IMG/VR virus record: IMGVR_UViG_3300049847_000423
Location: 1 to 43,304 of that record
Length of the DNA: 43,304 bases
Source: a virus
Taxonomy: Duplodnaviria; Caudoviricetes
Reading direction: 5' to 3' (one strand)
Shown: in pieces, positions 36,977-43,304 of the stretch
Position numbering within the stretch: the stretch's first letter is position 1
Layout of the letters: each line of letters starts with the position of its first letter
Translations under genes and position numbers: made by a program
Notes under the pieces: generated by a model
What the model saw: the letters and a program-made list of their open reading frames with translations, nothing else
Told to the model about the DNA's origin: nothing
The model's database searches: none

Positions 36977-37261
36977 ATGGCATTCTTAACTAAAACGTAT
37001 GTGGCGGAATTGCGTAAGATGAATTTGATAGAGAGAACTGATTTTACCAAGATGGCCTTACTAAGTAAAAAAGCTGGACTAAAAAACGGCAGAGGTTATA
37101 CAAGACCAACATTTAGCAATGTGATAAATAAGTATCTCACAACAACTGATGAAGTAGTTGAACTCATAAAAACCTTTTATGATGACAAGGCTAAGGGTGT
37201 GAAACAGCTACATGATAGCTTAAAAGTTATGAAGGAAAATTTATCGGCTGCTGCCATCTAA
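36977..37261 (+). CDS. Putative Cro-like DNA-binding protein
   Basis: Basic protein, YTRPTFSNVIN HTH-like segment, divergent from cI. Confidence 0.45.
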   Translation: MAFLTKTYVAELRKMNLIERTDFTKMALLSKKAGLKNGRGYTRPTFSNVINKYLTTTDEVVELIKTFYDDKAKGVKQLHDSLKVMKENLSAAAI

Positions 37262-37266
37262 AAAAT

Positions 37267-37295
37267 AAAGCCACTCACGGCGAATGAATGGCTTT
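37267..37295 (+). terminator. Hairpin, possible early terminator or attenuator
   Basis: AAAGCCA...TGGCTTT inverted repeat after the stop codon. Confidence 0.4.
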
Positions 37296-37337
37296 AATAA
37301 CCTAAAAAAGATTATTCACAAACACAAAGATATAAAA

Positions 37338-37559
37338 ATGAAAGTGCAAATCAAACTTCAAAAATTAAATATGCAGTTAGCACTTAACTGGCTTAACATA
37401 ATTGAAATATGCGACCATAACATTTCAATTGGTTTTGAAACGACATTCTACAAAGAGAAAAGAGATACTGCCGTAAAAGCCTATGCGGATGTAATGACAA
37501 GTATAGTAAAAGATGCCATTGAGCTATCAAATATTAACCTTGAAAATATTGCAGCATGA
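37338..37559 (+). CDS. Hypothetical protein
   Basis: ORF track 37284..37559; ATG 37338 preferred. Confidence 0.55.
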   Translation: MKVQIKLQKLNMQLALNWLNIIEICDHNISIGFETTFYKEKRDTAVKAYADVMTSIVKDAIELSNINLENIAA

Positions 37560-37831
37560 CCGAGGCTACTTACGAAAAGCTATATCGGGAGCAAAGCCGT
37601 AGGCTTGAATTTATAGAGCAATCGTTAAAGGTGCTTACACTTAATAACGGCGTGAGTAAGTGGATTACCGAAGATGAAGCGGTATTAATTACAGGATTAA
37701 GCAAACGTAGCCTAAGGGAGAAAAGAAAGAACGGCATATTCAATTGGAGTTCGGCAACAGGAAGGAAGGTCAAGTATTTGAGGAAGGATGTTGAAAACTA
37801 CATAAATAATAATAGCACTTTAAAAAAATAG
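37556..37831 (+). CDS. Excisionase-like HTH protein
   Basis: WITEDEAVLITGLSKRSL...GRKVKYLRKDV, a MerR/Xis-type winged HTH. Confidence 0.8.
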   Translation: MTEATYEKLYREQSRRLEFIEQSLKVLTLNNGVSKWITEDEAVLITGLSKRSLREKRKNGIFNWSSATGRKVKYLRKDVENYINNNSTLKK

Positions 37832-37838
37832 AAGCCGA

Positions 37839-37961
37839 GTGAAAAAGCTATTTGAAATACTATACTTCGTTATTGTATGTGTTCCACTCGCAATGATGGT
37901 TTATATAATGATTTCACTGGTATTCTTTATAAAATCAATTTATGAAAGAGCAGGATTATAA
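37839..37961 (+). CDS. Small membrane peptide (40 aa)
   Basis: Manual translation from GTG: MKKLFEILYFVIVCVPLAMMVYIMISLVFFIKSIYERAGL. Confidence 0.5.
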   Translation: MKKLFEILYFVIVCVPLAMMVYIMISLVFFIKSIYERAGL

Positions 37962-38118
37962 CTGGATAAAAAAATGTATTGATAGCTGCACTAATGAGTG
38001 GCAACTATTTACAGCCTGGGAGTTGATACTACTCTTTGAAAGGAAGTATAGCAACTGTGAAGAAATGGAACTATTAAACAGTTGCTATTTAAACAAACAA
38101 ACATTTCTCAATATTTAA
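37942..38118 (+). CDS. Small hypothetical protein (58 aa)
   Basis: Manual translation MKEQDYNWIKKCIDSCTNEWQL...; fills the gap in the operon. Confidence 0.55.
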   Translation: MKEQDYNWIKKCIDSCTNEWQLFTAWELILLFERKYSNCEEMELLNSCYLNKQTFLNI

Positions 38119-38140
38119 TAACAACTAAAATTTAAAAAAA

Positions 38141-38767
38141 ATGGGCTTAGAAAACAACAGCAATGCCATTTACCTAACAATTAGTAACGGCAAAATTTGC
38201 AGACAAGTTCAGTCAAAAACTGACAAATCAATTGAACGAACCAACAAAAACGGCAAGTTGGTAAACGAAGAATTCTACGACCGCATAAGCGGAACGCTTA
38301 CTGATATTAAAGTAAGGCAGGTAGAAATTGCCGGGCAGCAACTAAAGTTTTGGGAACTGAAAATTGAGGACGATGGGAAGTTGTACCAATTACAGTTCCA
38401 GTACAGCAGCGGCTATGCTAATGGGTTTCTTAAATCAATCCAAAACGCTGATTTAAGTAAGCGTATGTCATTAATTCCTTTCTGCAAAGAAGAAGAAGGG
38501 AAAAAGAAAACAACACTTTTCATTAACCAAGGTGATGGTGCTTTAAAGCATTTTTACACAAAAGACAACCCAAACGGATTGCCCCAATTGGTTAAAACCA
38601 AATTTAAAGGCAAAGACGTGTGGGATGACACCGAAATGATGAATTTCCTTGAAGAAATGATTAATAGCAAGATTAAACCACAGCTAAAAGGAGCTACAGT
38701 AACTAAAGCCGAACCTGCGATGGCGAATGCAGGTTCAGCAGAAGAAGATGGCGAAATGCCATTTTAA
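38141..38767 (+). CDS. Putative single-stranded DNA-binding protein
   Basis: Beta-rich core with an acidic C-terminus ending EEDGEMPF; adjacent to the exonuclease. Confidence 0.6.
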   Translation: MGLENNSNAIYLTISNGKICRQVQSKTDKSIERTNKNGKLVNEEFYDRISGTLTDIKVRQVEIAGQQLKFWELKIEDDGKLYQLQFQYSSGYANGFLKSIQNADLSKRMSLIPFCKEEEGKKKTTLFINQGDGALKHFYTKDNPNGLPQLVKTKFKGKDVWDDTEMMNFLEEMINSKIKPQLKGATVTKAEPAMANAGSAEEDGEMPF

Positions 38768-38882
38768 AGGCAGCACACGCCTACGGCCACAGCTGGCTTG
38801 GCAAATAGAAAAGTTGTGTAAGGCGAGCCCTAAGCCAACCGGGTAAGAGTTGGCAATTTTTAACCTTTTTAAATTATTCACA

Positions 38883-39677
38883 ATGGCGATTATTCACAAA
38901 GGCGACATCCAACGCATTGATTTTTTGGATGAAAGATTTTACACCAAAGACGGTGTAACATTCTATCCATCGGTAACAACAGTATTAGAAGCACTACCGA
39001 AAGGGTTTGGCTATAGCCAATGGTTAAAAGATTTAGGCAGTAATGCCGATGAAGTAATGAGACGTGCCGGAGAAAGCGGAAGCCGTGTACACGGAGCTAT
39101 TGAGCAATACCTATTAGGCAATGAAGTAGTATGGGCAGATGATAATGGCAATGGATACTACGACTTTCAGGAGTGGCAAATGATTAATAAGTTCGTTGAG
39201 TTTTGGCAAACACATAAGCCTGAATTATTAGGTGCTGAAATAAATTTTGTTAGCGATACTTTGAGGCTTGGTGGTACAATGGATATTATCTGCCGTATTA
39301 ATGGCGAACTATGGTTAATTGATACCAAAACAAGCAACAACATCTACGACAGCCATGCATTGCAATTGGCAGCTTACGCAACGATGTGGAACGAATTTAA
39401 TCCCAATAACAAAGTGCAACGTTTTGGCATAATGTGGTTGAAAGCATTAACTCGTGGTGCAGATAAAAAAGGCGAAAAAATACAAGGATTAGGGTGGCAG
39501 CTAAAAGAGTTTGACGAACCGCTAACAGACTTATGGAATTCGTTTTGCGATGTACGCAGAATTTGGGATAGGCAAAATTCGAACTACAAACCCAAAAACC
39601 TAACACTCCCCGATAGGTTAAAACTGGATGATGTAAAACCAGTAAGAACACCAGAACCAGTTTCAGAAACAATTTAA
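38883..39677 (+). CDS. PD-(D/E)XK exonuclease (RecB/Cas4-like phage exonuclease)
   Basis: YPSVTTVL, GSRVH, GGTMDII, LIDTKTS, QLAAY motifs. Confidence 0.88.
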   Translation: MAIIHKGDIQRIDFLDERFYTKDGVTFYPSVTTVLEALPKGFGYSQWLKDLGSNADEVMRRAGESGSRVHGAIEQYLLGNEVVWADDNGNGYYDFQEWQMINKFVEFWQTHKPELLGAEINFVSDTLRLGGTMDIICRINGELWLIDTKTSNNIYDSHALQLAAYATMWNEFNPNNKVQRFGIMWLKALTRGADKKGEKIQGLGWQLKEFDEPLTDLWNSFCDVRRIWDRQNSNYKPKNLTLPDRLKLDDVKPVRTPEPVSETI

Positions 39678-39698
39678 TCACTTCTAAAATTTTATATT

Positions 39699-40313
39699 AT
39701 GGCTTACGAAATATTTATTGAACCTGAATTACAGGACTTACAAGATGCAGACAATGCCACAGAATGGCAATTGATTTGCGAAGATTTGGGGCTAAAAGGA
39801 CAGTTAAACCTTTCAGAAAAAAGTCCCGAAAGTAAAGCACCGCCTTATATGGCTATTGATCCAAAGACAGCAAGGATAATAAGAGTGCTTTGTCCGTGCA
39901 AAACAAAAATTGGCGAATACAAACAATCAACCATTCCATTGGAAGTATTGAAAGAGGTACACAATGCTCAGCAACATGGATGGTTTAAAAGCATCTATGT
40001 TTTTTCGGACGACAAAACACCCGACCCATTTGTTGTTGGCTTTCTACACAGTGAATACGAATGGAATGCACCAGCAATGCTTATAGCCAGGTGGGGTGCT
40101 GAAATGATACCTTTTGAATTGTTGGAATTAAAAGCAGTTGAAAGGCTACGCAACTATGCCAAAGATGCATTAATTGAGATGAAGTCTTATGTAGAGAATG
40201 CTGGGCAAAACATTGAATCATTTATTCAAAAAAGCCTTGGTGGAAAGGAGTTACCAAGAATTGATTTTAATACCCCCGATTTGCACGGTAGTTCATCAAG
40301 CCTACCTTTTTAA
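39699..40313 (+). CDS. Hypothetical protein directly upstream of the DGR targets
   Basis: ORF; IPLEVL, PDPFVVG and IARWG motifs; function unknown. Confidence 0.7.
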   Translation: MAYEIFIEPELQDLQDADNATEWQLICEDLGLKGQLNLSEKSPESKAPPYMAIDPKTARIIRVLCPCKTKIGEYKQSTIPLEVLKEVHNAQQHGWFKSIYVFSDDKTPDPFVVGFLHSEYEWNAPAMLIARWGAEMIPFELLELKAVERLRNYAKDALIEMKSYVENAGQNIESFIQKSLGGKELPRIDFNTPDLHGSSSSLPF

Positions 40314-40336
40314 TAATCATAAAAACAATAATAAAA

Positions 40337-40741
40337 ATGCAAACAATTTATGAGGCAAAAGCCTCAACCACTTCGCAACCCATTATTGAAAGGGTTAAAA
40401 CATTTGACGATGCCTGTAAAGTATTAGGATTAGACAAAGTACAAGTAGGTTTAATAGGATTAGATGATGATACTAATTCTATTGTAGCCTACACCAAACT
40501 TGTAATAATTGCCAAGGCATTAAACGAAGGCTGGAAGCCCGATTGGACGGATAGTGACCAACGCAAATATGTTCCTTGGTTTGAACTAAAAGCGGGTTTC
40601 GGGCTGGCGTACTACGACTTCGATGACTGGTTTGCGTATACGAATGTCGGCTCTCGCCTTTGCTTTAAAACAGCCGAATTGGCTAAGTATGCAGCCACAC
40701 AATTTGCAGACATCTACAACGATTTTTTAACCACTAAATAG
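40337..40741 (+). CDS. DGR target protein 1 (134 aa)
   Basis: Contains VR1; paralogue of the next gene. Confidence 0.9.
   Translation: MQTIYEAKASTTSQPIIERVKTFDDACKVLGLDKVQVGLIGLDDDTNSIVAYTKLVIIAKALNEGWKPDWTDSDQRKYVPWFELKAGFGLAYYDFDDWFAYTNVGSRLCFKTAELAKYAATQFADIYNDFLTTK
40595..40663 (+). repeat. DGR variable repeat VR1
   Basis: 69 nt; 11 mismatches to the TR, all at TR adenines. Confidence 0.95.
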
Positions 40742-40747
40742 TAAATA

Positions 40748-41125
40748 ATGAAAGCAGTAAAAACTTTTGACGAAGCCTATTTGGCTTTAGGTTATGATGC
40801 AAGTATTCCAGCATTTGAGAATGCACGCGAAAAGCATCGTAAAGCATTATTAGCTCACTACAAGCTAATAATTATTGTAGAAGCAATTAATGACGGATGG
40901 ACACCTGATTGGAGCAATACCGATGAATACAAATATGGGTTGTTCCATGATATTGTAAAAGACGAAACTAAACCATCGGGTTTCGGGCTGGCGTACGACG
41001 TCTGCGTTAGCTGGGCTACGTATACGGCTGTCGGCTCTCGCCTTTGCTTCCAAAGCAGGGATGCAGCCAAACATTGCTTTGATACATTTAAAGATTTGTG
41101 GGAAGATTATTTTTTAATTGGATAA
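40748..41125 (+). CDS. DGR target protein 2 (125 aa)
   Basis: Contains VR2; shares VKTFD, GWxPDW and VGSRLCF with target 1. Confidence 0.9.
   Translation: MKAVKTFDEAYLALGYDASIPAFENAREKHRKALLAHYKLIIIVEAINDGWTPDWSNTDEYKYGLFHDIVKDETKPSGFGLAYDVCVSWATYTAVGSRLCFQSRDAAKHCFDTFKDLWEDYFLIG
40979..41047 (+). repeat. DGR variable repeat VR2
   Basis: 69 nt; 14 mismatches to the TR, all at TR adenines. Confidence 0.95.
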
Positions 41126-41133
41126 ATAAAAAT

Positions 41134-41325
41134 GGTTGTATGCTGCATGGGTTGGTTTTGTTCGTTGTCAGGTTTCAGGCTGGCGTACAACGACTACGAT
41201 AACTGGAATACGAATACGAATGTCAGCTCTCACCTATGCTAAAATATGGCAGCATAAACTATGCCTCTTGGCAAAAAACAAATCATTTATAAAGTGCCTT
41301 AGTAGCGAAAGCGAAAGGGCATTTT
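41134..41325 (+). ncRNA. Predicted DGR template RNA (TR with paired flanks and a structured spacer)
   Basis: TATGCTGC 41139-46 pairs with GCAGCATA 41249-56; TGCC-TCTT-GGCA hairpin; 10-bp stem with an AGUA/GAA internal loop and GAAA tetraloop at 41291-41325. Confidence 0.7.
41171..41239 (+). repeat. DGR template repeat TR
   Basis: AAC/AAT-rich intergenic copy of the VRs with 20 adenines; in-frame TAA follows. Confidence 0.95.
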
Positions 41326-41337
41326 TAAAGCAAAGGA

Positions 41338-42291
41338 ATGAAAAGAATAGGTAACATATATAATCAAATTTATAGCATTGAAAACTTGCAGCTTGCCGAT
41401 GCAAAAGCAAGTAGAGGCAAGAGCAAACAATACGGTGTTATAGTACATCAAAAAAATGCAGATGAAAATTTATTAATGCTTCAAGAAATGCTGAAGAGTA
41501 AGACCTACAAGACTTCTCCTTACACAACATTTAAGGTATATGAACCAAAGGAACGTGAAGTTTTCAGATTGCCATATTATCCTGATAGAATTACACATCA
41601 TGCAGTAATGAACATATTGGAGCCAGTTTTTGTGAGTTGCTTTACTGCCAACTCATATAGCTGCATCAAAGGCAAGGGAATTCATGCAGCGGCTAACGAT
41701 GTAAAACGAGCATTGAAGGATGTCGCAGGAACACAGTATTGTTTAAAATTGGATATTAAAAAATTCTATCCAAATATCAACCATGATATTTTAAAACAAC
41801 TGCTTCGCCGAAAAATAAAAGATAATGATTTATTATGGTTGCTGGATGAAATTATTGATAGTGCAGATGGATTGCCTATTGGCAATTATCTAAGTCAATA
41901 TTTCGCAAACTTTTACCTCACATATTTTGACCATTGGATAAAAGAGGAGAAGGCTGTAAAATATTATTTCCGATATGCTGATGACATCGTTATTCTAAAT
42001 AGCAACAAAGCATACTTACATAATTTACTGGGAGAAATAACCAACTACTTATACGTTAATCTTGATTTAAAAGTAAAAGAAAACTATCAAGTATTTCCAG
42101 TTGCAGCCCGAAGTATTGATTTTGTTGGTTACCGATTTTACCACACTCATACGCTTTTGAGAAAAAGTATAAAACAGCGATTTGCAAGGATGCTACGGAA
42201 AAGAAAAAACGATGCTTCTATAGCCTCCTATTATGGTTGGGCGAAGCATTGTAATTCAAAAAATTTATTGAAAAAATTATTACATGAATAG
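41338..42291 (+). CDS. DGR reverse transcriptase
   Basis: EPKER, DRITHHA, KLDIKKFY, GLPIGNYLSQ (SQ motif), RYADD, IDFVGY; 317 aa with no endonuclease domain. Confidence 0.96.
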   Translation: MKRIGNIYNQIYSIENLQLADAKASRGKSKQYGVIVHQKNADENLLMLQEMLKSKTYKTSPYTTFKVYEPKEREVFRLPYYPDRITHHAVMNILEPVFVSCFTANSYSCIKGKGIHAAANDVKRALKDVAGTQYCLKLDIKKFYPNINHDILKQLLRRKIKDNDLLWLLDEIIDSADGLPIGNYLSQYFANFYLTYFDHWIKEEKAVKYYFRYADDIVILNSNKAYLHNLLGEITNYLYVNLDLKVKENYQVFPVAARSIDFVGYRFYHTHTLLRKSIKQRFARMLRKRKNDASIASYYGWAKHCNSKNLLKKLLHE

Positions 42292-42583
42292 TTTTAAAGA
42301 CTTCGGCATAAAGCCACAAAGCAAAAGTTTTGAGGGTAACAAAATAAAAATTGATAGGATACTCAACAAACAAATAACTGTTGAAGCTTACAAGATTGAG
42401 GTTTCAAAATATGATAAAGGAACTGGTAAATGCCTTTACATACAAGTATTGGTTGATGGTAGTAAACGAGTATTATTTACAGGTTCTGCTAATCTAATGG
42501 ATATGATTGAACAAGTGCCAAAGGATAAATTTCCTTTTAAAACTACCATTATAAAAGAGAATGAGCGATTTGAATTTACATAA
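42284..42583 (+). CDS. Small beta-rich protein overlapping the RT stop; candidate DGR accessory factor
   Basis: 99 aa; 8-nt overlap with the RT gene; function unknown. Confidence 0.65.
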   Translation: MNSFKDFGIKPQSKSFEGNKIKIDRILNKQITVEAYKIEVSKYDKGTGKCLYIQVLVDGSKRVLFTGSANLMDMIEQVPKDKFPFKTTIIKENERFEFT

Positions 42584-42609
42584 TTTTTAAACAAATAAAA
42601 ACAAAAAAA

Positions 42610-42969
42610 ATGGAAGTATTAAAAAATTCTGAAGAACGTTATTTACGCTATGATTTTACAGCTGTTGAAGTTTATGACTTAAGCTTAAAATTAGCAAATA
42701 AAACACAAGACATGGCAAGTACTGAAAACGAAAAAAAGTCTATTACAAGCCAGTTGAAAAGTAAATTAGATGGAATTAAAGCAGATGTATCAAGCCTATC
42801 AAATAAAGTAGCTAATGGGTATGAAATGCGTAAAGTAGAATGCGAAGTAAAATACCATAAACCAAAGCAAGGCGAAAAAACAATAATACGAACTGATACA
42901 AAGGAAGTGATTATTGAAAAAATGACAAGCGAGGAATGGAATTTGTTTAATCAAGAAAGCCAAGACTAA
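42610..42969 (+). CDS. Hypothetical coiled-coil protein
   Basis: ORF; stop overlaps the helicase ATG. Confidence 0.7.
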   Translation: MEVLKNSEERYLRYDFTAVEVYDLSLKLANKTQDMASTENEKKSITSQLKSKLDGIKADVSSLSNKVANGYEMRKVECEVKYHKPKQGEKTIIRTDTKEVIIEKMTSEEWNLFNQESQD

Positions 42970-43304
42970 TGTTAAAGCTAAGAGATTATCAAATTGCAAT
43001 TTCCGACAAAGCTTGTTTGCTACTGCAACAATACAAAATTGCTTATTTATCTATGCAAGTACGCACAGGCAAAACATTAACAGCTTTGTCAACTGCTGAT
43101 AAGTATATACAAGCATTACCAACCATTTGTGGAGAACGATTTGTTTTGTTCTTAACCAAAAAAAAAGCAATAAGCAGTATCAAAAACGACCATGATTTAT
43201 TACTGCCAAATTATGAATTGTTTGTAACAAATTATGAAAGTATTGGTAAAGTGTCAGATAAAGATTTTGATTTGATTATTTGTGATGAAGCACATTGTTT
43301 AGGT
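42969..43304 (+). CDS. SNF2/SF2-type helicase, N-terminal part (continues at position 128 of the window)
   Basis: Manual translation MLKLRDYQ...MQVRTGKT (Q motif and Walker A), in frame with the ORF at 41..1096. Confidence 0.9.
   Translation, partial: MLKLRDYQIAISDKACLLLQQYKIAYLSMQVRTGKTLTALSTADKYIQALPTICGERFVLFLTKKKAISSIKNDHDLLLPNYELFVTNYESIGKVSDKDFDLIICDEAHCLG
43178..43304. repeat. 127-bp terminal direct repeat (copy of 1-127)
   Basis: Exact identity. Confidence 0.97.

Larger units (their letters stand above)
40337..42583 (+). mobile_element. Diversity-generating retroelement cassette (target 1, target 2, TR, RT, candidate accessory gene)
   Basis: TR plus two VRs differing only at TR adenines, next to a DGR-type RT. 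Confidence 0.95.

Noticed and set aside
41136-41354. 72-aa ORF over the TR as a protein gene or Avd
   Set aside because: TTG start, runs through the TR and structured spacer (TTTITGIRIRM is an off-frame reading of the TR), and has no Avd-like helical character
41338-42291. RT as a group II intron, retron or Abi RT
   Set aside because: It is short, has no maturase/endonuclease extension or retron VTG motif, has the SQ motif, and sits beside an adenine-specific TR/VR set

Overview
This window is a complete, circularly assembled temperate tailed phage genome. Bases 1-127 repeat exactly at 43178-43304, giving about 43,177 bp of unique sequence. The host is probably a Bacteroidota bacterium, inferred from TAnnTTTG -7 promoter boxes, AT-rich start regions without a Shine-Dalgarno sequence, and lipoprotein and spanin types. 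The modules are: replication (SNF2-type helicase, VRR-NUC, primase-polymerase/helicase, iteron-rich origin); methyltransferases; terminase; a tail block placed before the head block; a MuF-ADP-ribosyltransferase toxin with small antisense genes; a tRNA(CAT); head, neck and tail tube; lysis; a tyrosine integrase with an intact attP matching a tRNA-Asp 3' end; CI/Cro immunity; and an early operon. The standout is a diversity-generating retroelement in the early operon. One template repeat (41171-41239) and an SQ/YADD reverse transcriptase serve two tandem, small, paralogous, apparently cytoplasmic non-tail proteins. All 11 and 14 VR/TR mismatches fall on TR adenines, no Avd gene is recognisable, and a structured RNA flanks the TR. 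Other notable signals are two predicted -1 ribosomal frameshifts (the tail chaperone, and a tail tube gaining an EFSDEFSDEF peptide), a three-copy palindromic late operator, and a hybrid initiator-like tRNA. All functional calls come from motif recognition by eye, not database searches.
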